A DNA stretch of 64,000 nucleotides, taken from NCBI GenBank assembly GCA_002433055.1, contig DJHJ01000039.1:22080-86079 (forward strand), written 5' to 3'. How positions within the stretch are numbered: the stretch's first letter is position 1; every line of letters starts with the position of its first letter. The translations under genes and the position numbers were made by a program. Positions 19,864 through 29,483 of the stretch are shown in pieces. The stretch comes from Acidobacteriia bacterium UBA6623. GTDB lineage: Bacteria > Acidobacteriota > Terriglobia > Bryobacterales > UBA6623. The notes beneath the pieces are model-generated. The model was not told where the DNA came from. It searched no databases and saw nothing but the letters and a program-made list of their open reading frames with translations.

Positions 19864-20229
19864 GGGACTCCGAACAATGCCTTCGCTGACACATCGAAAC
19901 TAAGTAACGCTCCTAGTGACTCACCCGATGCCGGACCGCAGTGCGTCCAAGGTAAACATCTAAAGCTTCCCATACTTACCAGAAGAAAACTGGCAATATC
20001 AGAATGCCAGTCTAGCAAACCAGAACTCGTAACTATAACCACGAAACTGGTGACAAGAAAACCCAGACGTGAAAGAATCGATCAGCATTTTAATAGCCTC
20101 GACCCTTTTGGAAACAATACTCAGCACATCAATGGCTCATGATAGAATGTTGCTTTGTAGGGCTTGGATCTGTGCAACAGAGAGTTGTCTTGGAAGAGTC
20201 GGCCTTGGGCCGTTTCGCTAGAGGTCAAC

Positions 20230-20463
20230 GTGAAAGAAAACAGTAGACAGAAGAACACCCCTGAAGTGCCGGTAGTGAACCCCCAGTTCCTGAAACCAAC
20301 TGAAGAGATTGCACTGACACCTAAGATACAAGAAACCTTTTCGTGCAGTGTCTGTGATTCACCTGGTGCCACCCATCAATCAGAGGGTCTGTGCTGGGTT
20401 TGTCAGCGCCTTAAGATCAGCGCATGGAAAGAAGCTGCACAACCGGTGATGTTTAACGAATAG
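20230..20463 (+). CDS. possible small zinc-ribbon protein (hypothetical, weak)
   Basis: GTG at 20230 is preceded by AGAGG. 77 aa containing CSVC-x13-CWVC. The longer track ORF from 20164 is in the same frame. Confidence 0.3.
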   Translation: MKENSRQKNTPEVPVVNPQFLKPTEEIALTPKIQETFSCSVCDSPGATHQSEGLCWVCQRLKISAWKEAAQPVMFNE

Positions 20464-20534
20464 TAAGAACACAGGTTGTTCGTGAATTCTTCACTACTGT
20501 GGCCTTTGGGTCCATCCGAAAAGTATTCAAATTA

Positions 20535-21467
20535 TCAAGCCTGACAAAGCTGCTCATATACGTATGCAGCAACGGTGATATCTTCTAACGCTAGGCCTTG
20601 AGATTCAAACAAGGTTATTGTGTCTGGCGATTTTCGGCCGGGAATAACTCCTCTCACAATAGTCGACAGTTCCTGGACTCGTTCCCATTCCAACAACCCT
20701 TCCTCATAGGCTTGCACGAGATCACCAGCCTCTACTTTAGCCTGCTCCACCGAGTCAGCTGCAATTAAAGTAGCCGCCTCAATTGTAGTGCTATCAACTT
20801 CACGACGTTTCGCGCTATTGCTACCAGCCGCATTGACGTGAACACCGGCTTGTAACCAACTTCCCTCGAAAACCGGGGTTGATGAGTTAGTGATTGTGAT
20901 AACAATATCGCTATTTCGGACCGTTTCCTCAGCCGTAGCCATTGATTCGATATCGACTCCAAGTTGAACCGACATTTTCTCTGCAAAAGCATCTCGTCTC
21001 TTCTCTGAACGGCCATAAACCTTGATTTTCTTTAGAGTGCACACACAAGCTAATGCAGCAAGTTGAGTCTCAGCCTGCCAACCAGTCCCAATAACTCCTA
21101 ACGTTTGCGATCCAGGGTTGGCCATAAACTTGGTTGCTACACCACTGGCAGCCCCGGTACGAATCTGTCCCAGGGCGTCAGCATCAATTGTAGCCACTGG
21201 AGATACTGTCTCAGTATCGAACAATATGACAATAAAACGAGCACCTGCCGTCGCACTCGTGGCGTAGATCTTAGCACCGAAATATCCACTCTCATTGTCA
21301 CCGGCAGCCATATAGTGCAGCAGGTTTCGATTGTGCATCTTGATGCGTCGACGAGGGTGGTTGACTGCCTGATTAACACCTAGGCGACCGAAGCAATTCT
21401 CCAGTAGCTCCACTGCCTTGTTAACTGAAAGAATCTCTCGGACTTGCTCTTCGACGATATGGATCAT
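20535..21467 (-). CDS. ornithine cyclodeaminase / mu-crystallin family protein
   Basis: 310 aa with a Rossmann motif LGVIGTGWQAETQLAAL. Overall layout fits the OCD/mu-crystallin family. Confidence 0.8.
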   Translation of the reverse strand: MIHIVEEQVREILSVNKAVELLENCFGRLGVNQAVNHPRRRIKMHNRNLLHYMAAGDNESGYFGAKIYATSATAGARFIVILFDTETVSPVATIDADALGQIRTGAASGVATKFMANPGSQTLGVIGTGWQAETQLAALACVCTLKKIKVYGRSEKRRDAFAEKMSVQLGVDIESMATAEETVRNSDIVITITNSSTPVFEGSWLQAGVHVNAAGSNSAKRREVDSTTIEAATLIAADSVEQAKVEAGDLVQAYEEGLLEWERVQELSTIVRGVIPGRKSPDTITLFESQGLALEDITVAAYVYEQLCQA

Positions 21468-21542
21468 TGGGATTTAAACAGGATTCTGTATTGAGAGAAA
21501 CCGGATTTGGTCACAGTCGCGCATTGTAGATACTCTCGTGAA

Positions 21543-22712
21543 TCATAGCCACCGAGTACTTTTTTCTTTTAAGACAATCGTGATCTTTTGAATCTCTTCA
21601 TTGTCACGAACAATCGAAAGCTCAAGCGAGTCACCTCCGTGTTTAAGTGCAAGGACTTGACTTAACACACGACGATGAGTAACCTCACGCCCATCTACGT
21701 GAGTAATAAAGTCACCACCCCAAGGAATTAAATAGTTTCCCAACACTACTTCTCTCTGTGCACCTACCAAACCAACCTGAGCAGCTGCAGAACCATGTGC
21801 AACCTCTGTCACAAGATACCCAGCTCCACCAGGTAAATTAAGAGCTCGTACAATCCGACCTGACAGAAAAAGAGTTCGAAACCCAGGGTGACTGGCTTGA
21901 CGAGCCTTGCCACCGGTACGTTCGTATTCCAGCAACGGAATCGCTCGACTAATGGGCATAGCGAAACCGATACCTATGTTACCAGGGCCAATAATAGCTG
22001 TATTGACACCGATAACATTGCCAGCACTGTCCAACAATGGTCCACCGCTATTGCCAGGGTTAATAGCAGCGTCAGTTTGAATTAGATCTTCAAGAAAACT
22101 TTCCCCGTCACGAATCGAACGCCCCAGAGAACTAATCACACCCGTTGTGAGTGTCCCATCGAGACCAAATGGGTTGCCAATGGCTAGAACTTTCTGGCCA
22201 ACTTTCAGGTGATCAGATTCACCGAGCTTAAGTGACGGCAGATCACGATTAGCATTGATACGCAACAATGCTAGATCGTTAGCCTCATCAACCGCAAGGA
22301 CATCTGCTTCGTGACGCGATTTATCACTCAAAGTGACTTCGATCTGTGGGGCACTTCCACGTATCACATGGTGGTTCGTCAAAATACGACCTGATGTGTC
22401 AATCAAAAAACCCGAGCCCGAAGCTTCACTAGGCATAACCTCCAAGAACCAACCTCTCTTGAGAACCGTACTGGTAATATTTACGGTCGCTTGGTTCGCT
22501 CTTGTATAAATATCGATATTGGACTCTTCTTCCGATGTCAGACCTGTTGCTTGTGCTTGCGTCCAGTAGGGTAACTGGTGTCTATAGGAAAAATTTTCCG
22601 TCTGATGCCAGAAGTTGAACAAGGAAGAAGTTGTCCAAAAAACGAATACTCCAACCAAGAACGCGGCAAGACAAACCGATCGAAATACACTGCTCCTAAG
22701 AAGTTGCCTCAT
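21543..22712 (-). CDS. HtrA/DegP-family trypsin-like serine protease with PDZ domain
   Basis: Catalytic triad context TNHHVI ... NDLALLRI ... GNSGGPLLD, a C-terminal PDZ-like region and an N-terminal TM/signal. Confidence 0.85.
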   Translation of the reverse strand: MRQLLRSSVFRSVCLAAFLVGVFVFWTTSSLFNFWHQTENFSYRHQLPYWTQAQATGLTSEEESNIDIYTRANQATVNITSTVLKRGWFLEVMPSEASGSGFLIDTSGRILTNHHVIRGSAPQIEVTLSDKSRHEADVLAVDEANDLALLRINANRDLPSLKLGESDHLKVGQKVLAIGNPFGLDGTLTTGVISSLGRSIRDGESFLEDLIQTDAAINPGNSGGPLLDSAGNVIGVNTAIIGPGNIGIGFAMPISRAIPLLEYERTGGKARQASHPGFRTLFLSGRIVRALNLPGGAGYLVTEVAHGSAAAQVGLVGAQREVVLGNYLIPWGGDFITHVDGREVTHRRVLSQVLALKHGGDSLELSIVRDNEEIQKITIVLKEKSTRWL

Positions 22713-23317
22713 AGGGTGACCCGTTGAAGAAGTTTTTGGTGAACAGTGCTCACTTGTCTCTTAGTCTCCTGTTTTGTTCCTGCCGTCTCAATAACATAAT
22801 CGGCATATTTCCTTTTTTCTTCAATAGGAATCTGCACCGCTAGTCTAGCAAGAGCGTCGGCCGTCGAAACACCCTCACGCTCACAGTAACGACGCACTTG
22901 CAATTCGGGTGGACACACCGCAACTACGATGCAGTCGTAACGAGAATAACTTCCTGTTTCGATCATAATAGCTGCCTCGCAGACAACAATAGAGTCTGAG
23001 TTCTGTGAGGCAATCCGGGCAAAAATGCTTTCCTGTCTCTTCAAGACGTATGGATGAACCAGTGAGTTCAGTTTCTTTAGCTTTGCTTCATCGGCAAAAA
23101 CGATTTTTCCCAGTCTGCCACGATCTATTTCTCCATCCGCACCGAGAATTCCATTACCAAATTCCTCAATAACTCTGTCAAATGCTTCACCATCACTTTT
23201 AATTGCTTCATGCCCCAGACGGTCAGATGAAAAAACCCTACACCCCAATTGCTCCAACACCGCAGCCACAAAGGTCTTGCCACTGGCAAGACCACCAGTC
23301 AGTCCAACTTTGAGCAT
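22709..23317 (-). CDS. coaE: dephospho-CoA kinase
   Basis: MLKVGLTGGLASGKTF P-loop at the N-terminus, 202 aa. 4-nt overlap with the downstream protease gene. Confidence 0.9.
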   Translation of the reverse strand: MLKVGLTGGLASGKTFVAAVLEQLGCRVFSSDRLGHEAIKSDGEAFDRVIEEFGNGILGADGEIDRGRLGKIVFADEAKLKKLNSLVHPYVLKRQESIFARIASQNSDSIVVCEAAIMIETGSYSRYDCIVVAVCPPELQVRRYCEREGVSTADALARLAVQIPIEEKRKYADYVIETAGTKQETKRQVSTVHQKLLQRVTL

Positions 23318-23407
23318 AGAGTAATTGTACCTGTGACAAAAAAATATAGGTGGATCTAAGATGTAGCGGAAGTCAACATTCTGAATCCACGTCGTTATAA
23401 TGACCTC

Positions 23408-24325
23408 GTGCTGTCTCTTCTTTGTTGCACTGCAGACAACAAGTCTACCCCTGTCTCCTTTTCGTTTACGATTGTCACCATATTTGTCTTCTTGCTGAGT
23501 AGTAATTGCTCTTCAATTCGTCCCGTCGATTACAACGGCATGATTTTTATCAAGGGTGGAGAGTTTCTTATGGGAACCGATACGGGTTACTCCTACGAAG
23601 GTCCTTCTCATCGTGTTGTTGTTGATAGCTTTTATCTGGATGCGACAGAAGTAACAAACCAACAATTTTCTGAGTTTGTTGAAGCCACCGGATACATTAC
23701 AGAATCCGAGAAACAGGGCTCCTCTGGTGTTTTCGACCCGAAGACCGGAGAATGGGATCTCGTAACGGGGGCTAATTGGCGACATCCCGAGGGCCCTAAC
23801 TCCGATCTGAAAGGGCGAGATCTGCATCCGGTTATTCACATTTCCTGGAACGACGCAGTAGCATTTTCTGCCTGGGCCAGAAAACGTTTGCCAACCGAAG
23901 CCGAATGGGAGTATGCCGCTTCTGGAATGGGCAACAAACCACACTACCCTTGGGGAGACGAACTGATGCCAAAGAACCAGCATGCTGCTAACTGGTGGCA
24001 AGGTGTCTTTCCCACCTACGATCTTGAAGAGGATGGGTTTTCCACAGTTGCTCCGGTTAAACAGTTTCCGGCCACTGGAGATGGACTCTATGACATGGGT
24101 GGCAATGTTTGGGAATGGGTTGCTGACTGGTATGACCCCACCTACTACCGCTCTGCTCCAACCAGGAACCCCATCGGCCCTGAGAAGGGAAATGAAAAGG
24201 TTCATCGTGGAGGTAGTTGGATGTGCAGTCGGAACTACTGCCGAGGTTTTCGTGTCGCCGCTAGACAAAAAACCTCTCCAGACACTGGCCTTAACAATCT
24301 TGGATTTCGCTGTGCAGCGAACTAA
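23408..24325 (+). CDS. formylglycine-generating enzyme family (SUMF1/FGE-sulfatase domain) protein
   Basis: FYLDATEVTNQQF, HPVIHISWNDAVAF, RLPTEAEWEYAA, GNVWEWVADW and HRGGSW...GFRCA are the hallmark FGE-domain motifs. GTG start. Confidence 0.85.
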   Translation: MLSLLCCTADNKSTPVSFSFTIVTIFVFLLSSNCSSIRPVDYNGMIFIKGGEFLMGTDTGYSYEGPSHRVVVDSFYLDATEVTNQQFSEFVEATGYITESEKQGSSGVFDPKTGEWDLVTGANWRHPEGPNSDLKGRDLHPVIHISWNDAVAFSAWARKRLPTEAEWEYAASGMGNKPHYPWGDELMPKNQHAANWWQGVFPTYDLEEDGFSTVAPVKQFPATGDGLYDMGGNVWEWVADWYDPTYYRSAPTRNPIGPEKGNEKVHRGGSWMCSRNYCRGFRVAARQKTSPDTGLNNLGFRCAAN

Positions 24326-24475
24326 AAACACCGGATACAAGAAGTGAATTTTCGGAACGAAACCGTCAAAAACTGTCAGTCACAAATCTTCTTTCGGGTT
24401 AACACAATCTTGCTCAAGCCTTCTACTATAAACACCTAGCGGGTTTCCATTACGATTAAGTTGCGATGAGTGAGG

Positions 24476-25384
24476 TCACAAAACCGGCTTGTACCTTTCC
24501 ATGAGTATTGAAATCTCTTTGTGCTCAGCGGGTCGTACATCAGGCAATGGCGGCCGCACCGGGCCGGCGGGCTTCCCCAGTACCTCCATTGCAGTCTTCA
24601 TAACCGAAACCTCGTAACCTTTGCGTCTCGCTCGCAATCCATACAATGGCAACACATAATTCGACATCAATCGCTCGAGACTAGCGTTATCGAGCATTGA
24701 GGCACGCTCGTGAAGCTGCAGAGAAAGCCGTGGCGCTATGCTGGCAATACTGGATGTGTAAACACGAATACCAAGCGCATAATAGGGGCGCACCATATCA
24801 TCCCCAGCGCCCCCAATCCAATGCAGGCGATCCCCCACTCGCTCCATGATCATCTGGTATCGTCGCACATCTGCCTGACCTTCTTTCCAGGCTGTTAGAG
24901 TGGGAATGGCGTCCGCTAATTGGTTCACTTCTCCTGCGCTGAAACCAGCCCAATCGCGATTGTAGATTATTAAAGCGAGTGACGTACTATCACCGATGGC
25001 TTGATAATACTTCAACATACCTTCAAACGGAGCACTTGGATAATAGGGTGGGAGACATAAGATGCCATCGGCACCAACATCCGAGCTCTGTTTCGCCAAT
25101 TCGACGGCAATCTGCACTCCAAAACCAACACCGGCAATCACTGGCACCTTGCCCCCAACTTCCTGGACGACAGTCTCGACTACCTTGCAGTGTTCTTCCA
25201 TTGAGAGAGAATATATCTCTCCCGTCCCACCACCAACTACAATTGCTGCCAGTGGATATTGCACCATTTCAGCTATATTGCGGCGTAGTCCCTCAACATT
25301 TAGAGAGAGATCATCATTGAATGGCGTAACGGGAAAGGCTATTACGCCAGTAAGCCGGGATCGAAGTTCGCTGGGTTCCATCAT
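24476..25384 (-). CDS. DapA/NAL-family aldolase-dehydratase (5-dehydro-4-deoxyglucarate dehydratase-like)
   Basis: 302 aa. FPVTPF ... GGGTGEIYSLSMEEH pattern of the dihydrodipicolinate synthase family. Exact subfamily not resolvable by eye. Confidence 0.75.
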   Translation of the reverse strand: MMEPSELRSRLTGVIAFPVTPFNDDLSLNVEGLRRNIAEMVQYPLAAIVVGGGTGEIYSLSMEEHCKVVETVVQEVGGKVPVIAGVGFGVQIAVELAKQSSDVGADGILCLPPYYPSAPFEGMLKYYQAIGDSTSLALIIYNRDWAGFSAGEVNQLADAIPTLTAWKEGQADVRRYQMIMERVGDRLHWIGGAGDDMVRPYYALGIRVYTSSIASIAPRLSLQLHERASMLDNASLERLMSNYVLPLYGLRARRKGYEVSVMKTAMEVLGKPAGPVRPPLPDVRPAEHKEISILMERYKPVL

Positions 25385-25536
25385 GGTATTTAGACTCTGA
25401 GTCCTCTGCTAAATTTTACGTGAACAAAGCTCAGCACGATATAGTTGGCAAAAACCACCCATGCGACTCCAAGAGTACCTGTCTAACATCACAAAGATCA
25501 TCCATGGCACTTGGATAGAGTTACCCTGTCATCTCT

Positions 25537-26301
25537 TTAACACCTCATACGTACGGGAACTCCGGCTTTGTTAAGAACGTTTTTTAGATCATCTATAGTG
25601 TGTGTTCCGTAGTGGAAAATCGATGCTGCCAGAGCCGCATCGGCTTCACCGTCGGTCAGCACTCGAACAAAATCTTCAGGATGTCCACCACCTCCACTCG
25701 CAATAATTGGTATGCGAGTATTTCGTGAGACGGTACGTGTAAGATCACAGTCGAACCCCTCCTGAACTCCGTCACAGTCCATCGAAGTGAGTAAAATTTC
25801 TCCAGCACCAAGATCCTCACCACGCTGTGCCCATTCGAGAACATCTATGCCAGTGTCATTACGACCCCCATAGGTGAAGACATTCCAGACACCTGGTTTA
25901 CTGCGACGGGCATCAATCGCAAGAACCGTGGCTTGTGCACCAAACTCTTCGGAAATCTCGGTGATCAATCCTGGGCGCTCGATCGCTGCTGTATTGATCG
26001 ATACTTTGTCGGCACCAACCGTCAGCACTGTACGAGCATCCGTAATCGACCGAATACCACCTCCGACCGTCAAGGGTATAAAAACCTTACGTGCGGTATC
26101 TTCAACGACGTGGATCATTGTCTCGCGATGATCACTGGAAGCAGTAATATCAAGAAATACGAGCTCATCAGCTCCATCACGATTGTAGATGTCCGCCAGT
26201 TCGACGGGGTCACCAGCATCTCTCAGTGCTACAAAATTGACACCTTTGACAACGCGACCGTCAGTAACGTCCAGGCAAGGAATAATTCGTTTTGCAAGCA
26301 T
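25537..26301 (-). CDS. hisF: imidazole glycerol phosphate synthase cyclase subunit
   Basis: [23 protein letters not shown] ... DELVFLDI ... LTVGGGI are canonical HisF motifs. Confidence 0.95.
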   Translation of the reverse strand: MLAKRIIPCLDVTDGRVVKGVNFVALRDAGDPVELADIYNRDGADELVFLDITASSDHRETMIHVVEDTARKVFIPLTVGGGIRSITDARTVLTVGADKVSINTAAIERPGLITEISEEFGAQATVLAIDARRSKPGVWNVFTYGGRNDTGIDVLEWAQRGEDLGAGEILLTSMDCDGVQEGFDCDLTRTVSRNTRIPIIASGGGGHPEDFVRVLTDGEADAALAASIFHYGTHTIDDLKNVLNKAGVPVRMRC

Positions 26302-26413
26302 GCTTCTGCCAAACTAATTCAACTAGAAACTCGGACTGTACCACTGACTAATTGCAGATACAATTCACTGAATTTACTCGGAAATCGATCGCAAAGCATA
26401 ACGTAAACACCAG

Positions 26414-27037
26414 TTAAGATTTCACTACCAAAGACTCGGCCGCTAAAAAATTACGCATAACTTTTTGCCCGAGAACTCCCGATTTTTCGGGGTGAAACTG
26501 TACTCCAAACACGTTCTGATACTCGATAGCTGCAACGTAGTCGATGCCGTAATTACAGAGGGCTGCTGTCCTCTTGCCAGCTATCTCGGTCGGGACGTAA
26601 TAACTGTGCGCAAAGTACACATATGGATGTTCACCAACATCTCCAAGCAGTCTAGGTCGGCCCTCGAGTTCGAGCTCGTTCCAGCCCATGTGAGGCACAC
26701 GAGCAGTCGAGTCGAATCGTCGTACTACACCGGGGTAGATACTTAACCCATCGAGATCTGGCGCCTCTTCACTTTTTTCAAATAGTGCCTGCATCCCCAG
26801 ACAAATGCCTAGAAACGGTACTCCCTCTCTGATCAATTCACAAAAGGCAGTCCGCACTTCGAGAGCATCCAAGGAATGAATAAGCTGCCCAAAGTGGCCG
26901 ACACCCGGCAATATCACTTTGCTCGCTCGACGAAGCCCCTCTTCATCGGTAACTATCTCATAACGGACGCCAATAGAGTCAAGCGTATTTTCGACGGAGC
27001 GAAGATTGCCCGCACCGTAGTCAAAAATACCAATCAT
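26414..27037 (-). CDS. hisH: imidazole glycerol phosphate synthase glutaminase subunit
   Basis: [15 protein letters not shown] ... LPGVGHF ... GICLGMQ ... VQFHPEKS are class-I amidotransferase HisH motifs. Confidence 0.95.
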   Translation of the reverse strand: MIGIFDYGAGNLRSVENTLDSIGVRYEIVTDEEGLRRASKVILPGVGHFGQLIHSLDALEVRTAFCELIREGVPFLGICLGMQALFEKSEEAPDLDGLSIYPGVVRRFDSTARVPHMGWNELELEGRPRLLGDVGEHPYVYFAHSYYVPTEIAGKRTAALCNYGIDYVAAIEYQNVFGVQFHPEKSGVLGQKVMRNFLAAESLVVKS

Positions 27038-27633
27038 AATGTCTTCTCCAGTAGTCCCTTAGTGCTTGGAAGCTGATCCTTGAGCCGTTCGTCCACCGAA
27101 CAGGCATAGCTCATAGCTCTCGCAAAACACTTAAAAATTGCTTCAATTTTGTGATGATTGGATCGACCATACATCACCCGCGCATGAAGATTTGCACCAC
27201 AGTGAGCAACGAAACCATCAAAAAAATCCTCGAGTAATTCAGTCTGTAAATCTCCAACTAATCGAAACCGGGTCGGTGCATGGTAAACGAGTGCTGGACG
27301 ACCTCCAAGGTCCACCGCTACAACCGCCAAGCTTTCATCCATTGGTAGAACAAAATAACCAGCTCGATTGATACCTATGCGATCTCCAAGTGCTTGTGAA
27401 AAACACTGCCCCAAAACAATGCCAACATCTTCAACTGTATGATGTTGATCAACCTCTAAATCTCCCTCTGCGCGTATATCTAAATCAAAACCACCATGCT
27501 TGGCAAAAAGTTCGAGCATGTGATCAAGAAAACGAATTCCTGTGGAGATGTTGTACCGTCCCTGACCTTCGATACCAAGGCATATTTGTACACGTGTCTC
27601 TTTGGTCTCACGATTATTGGTAGCTGTTCTCAT
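27034..27633 (-). CDS. hisB: imidazoleglycerol-phosphate dehydratase (monofunctional)
   Basis: RETKETRVQ ... FLDHML ... [14 protein letters not shown] ... [10 protein letters not shown] are IGPD motifs. At 199 aa there is no fused phosphatase domain. 4-nt overlap with hisH. Confidence 0.95.
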   Translation of the reverse strand: MRTATNNRETKETRVQICLGIEGQGRYNISTGIRFLDHMLELFAKHGGFDLDIRAEGDLEVDQHHTVEDVGIVLGQCFSQALGDRIGINRAGYFVLPMDESLAVVAVDLGGRPALVYHAPTRFRLVGDLQTELLEDFFDGFVAHCGANLHARVMYGRSNHHKIEAIFKCFARAMSYACSVDERLKDQLPSTKGLLEKTL

Positions 27634-27726
27634 CGGTCCTCCACTCCCTATCAGAACTTGGAAAGATTACTGTGATGGCAGTACGTCTCTTTTGAATCCT
27701 TCAGTACAAATCGCTACTCGCCGTAA

Positions 27727-28395
27727 TCACAAAGCGGACTCTAGCTCATTTACACTCTCGACCACAACCTGTGCCCCTTCGGCTTGAAACAACTGAACAA
27801 TCTCATCACGCTGATACAAGTTACGGGCAGCTACTCCCACAAATGATACTCCTGCGGCTCGTGCACACCGAGCATCATCAATATTGTCACCAATATAAGT
27901 TGCTTCACATCCCGGAGCACCTTCAAGCACTCGCAACAATCCATCTGGTGCAGGTTTTTGGTTTTCGATTAGATCGCTTGTGATAACCGGGTCAAATCTA
28001 ACATCAGCTGCAAAACGACTCAAAGCGAAACGTGCGGCGCGCGTGGGCCTCCCAGTGTATATAGCCAAGCGGTTAATCGTTTCCAAGCGTTCAAGAACTC
28101 CATCAGCCACGAGCCAAGATTCCTGGGAGATGAACCCATCCTCAGCCGTTCCCCAAAATAGTTTGTGGAATTGCAAACATAGCTGCTCATAATCTACTTC
28201 TATGCCGAGTTCACGCAACACGTCGAACGCAAGCACACAATCATCGTTGTAGCCACCACGGTTTTTCATAATGACTATCTTTTCCTGCGTTATGCGTCGA
28301 CCACTGAAATGTGCAATCGTTTCAATCGTCGTCACACGATAGGAGTATGTTGGATCAACCAACACGCCGTCCATATCAAAAATCAACAGCTTCAT
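27727..28395 (-). CDS. HAD-superfamily subfamily IA hydrolase (candidate histidinol-phosphate phosphatase)
   Basis: Motif I FDMDGVLVD, motif II YTGR, motif III KPAPDG, motif IV GDNIDD. ATGA start/stop overlap with hisC. Confidence 0.8.
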   Translation of the reverse strand: MKLLIFDMDGVLVDPTYSYRVTTIETIAHFSGRRITQEKIVIMKNRGGYNDDCVLAFDVLRELGIEVDYEQLCLQFHKLFWGTAEDGFISQESWLVADGVLERLETINRLAIYTGRPTRAARFALSRFAADVRFDPVITSDLIENQKPAPDGLLRVLEGAPGCEATYIGDNIDDARCARAAGVSFVGVAARNLYQRDEIVQLFQAEGAQVVVESVNELESAL

Positions 28396-29483
28396 CTTCC
28401 CATCACCTCACCCAACGCCTTGAGCATAGTTTTCACTTGTCGCCTGGTCCCTACGGTGATACGGATAGTACCTGGTATATCTTTGGTGCGATCTCTAACA
28501 AGAAAATTGTATTCGCGCAAGAGCTTGCAGATCATCGCAGCCCTTCTGCCAAAACGGACTAATACGAAATTTGCCTGGCTTGGATAGTAAAAGAGTCCAA
28601 GTTGATCGAGTCCTTCACACAACGTTTTACGGGCTTCAAAAATCTCATCGACATAATTCCGGATGTATTTCTGGTCTTGGACAGCCTCAAGCGCACATGC
28701 AACGGCCAATGAGTTGACACTGTAAGGTGACTGAAATTTTCGTATCATAGCGATATTTTCCTTCTGAGAAAATAGACATCCAATGCGCAAGCCAGCCATA
28801 CCATAAACTTTCGAAAAAGTTCGACTCACAAATAAGTTTGGATAGTGTGTCAACAAATCAAGCGCAGTAATACCAAAAAATTCAAAGTAGGCCTCGTCGA
28901 TCAGTACGGCTGCCTGTGGAGCAGCCTGAAGGATCAATTCGATATCATTGAGCCCAATTGCGCTGGCGGTAGGATTATTGGGATTCGCTATGAGTATCAG
29001 GCGTGTCTTCGCTCCAATCGCTCGAATCATTTTCTTCAATGGAAAACTTAGTGTCTTTTGTGGATATCGCACCAGGCTAACCTTTGCGTCAACTGATTCT
29101 GCCGCCAAGCGAAAAATTGGGAACGTAGGCCACGACATCAATACTTCTTGTCCCGGGTCAACGTAGGTGTGGACCATCAGCTGAATTGCTTCATCTGTAC
29201 CATCGGTGAAGGTCAACTGATCTTCCTGTACACCGAAGAACGGTGCGATTTTCTCACGTGATGCCAGATACTCTGGGTAGACAGATAAAAATTGTGCTGT
29301 TGCCCTATTGCGTAGAACTCGCACGACGCGCGGTGAACAACCTACTGTATTTTCGTTAAAGTCTAGTCGCAACTTGCCACCGCGGCCATCGGTAGGGGGT
29401 GTGTACGGCTCCATTCGTTCAATGGCCGAACGCACTCGTGGGTATCTGGGTTTTTTTTCTGTTTCTGCTTTGTTGTTAGTCAT
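28392..29483 (-). CDS. hisC: histidinol-phosphate aminotransferase
   Basis: Class-II aminotransferase pattern: LDFNEN, NPNNPT, and TFSKVYGMAGLRIGC with the PLP lysine. Start chosen at MTNNK (29483), which gives an ATGACTAA overlap with the hisD stop. The track ORF starts at 29510. Confidence 0.9.
   Translation of the reverse strand: MTNNKAETEKKPRYPRVRSAIERMEPYTPPTDGRGGKLRLDFNENTVGCSPRVVRVLRNRATAQFLSVYPEYLASREKIAPFFGVQEDQLTFTDGTDEAIQLMVHTYVDPGQEVLMSWPTFPIFRLAAESVDAKVSLVRYPQKTLSFPLKKMIRAIGAKTRLILIANPNNPTASAIGLNDIELILQAAPQAAVLIDEAYFEFFGITALDLLTHYPNLFVSRTFSKVYGMAGLRIGCLFSQKENIAMIRKFQSPYSVNSLAVACALEAVQDQKYIRNYVDEIFEARKTLCEGLDQLGLFYYPSQANFVLVRFGRRAAMICKLLREYNFLVRDRTKDIPGTIRITVGTRRQVKTMLKALGEVMGR

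Noticed and set aside
23513-24340. 275-aa ORF antisense to the FGE-family gene
   Set aside because: The plus-strand frame carries unmistakable FGE motifs (RLPTEAEWEYAA, GGSW, GFRCA). The antisense ORF has no recognisable features and is a typical shadow ORF.
25933-26406. 157-aa ORF antisense to hisF
   Set aside because: It overlaps canonical hisF almost entirely, and its composition is typical of shadow ORFs.
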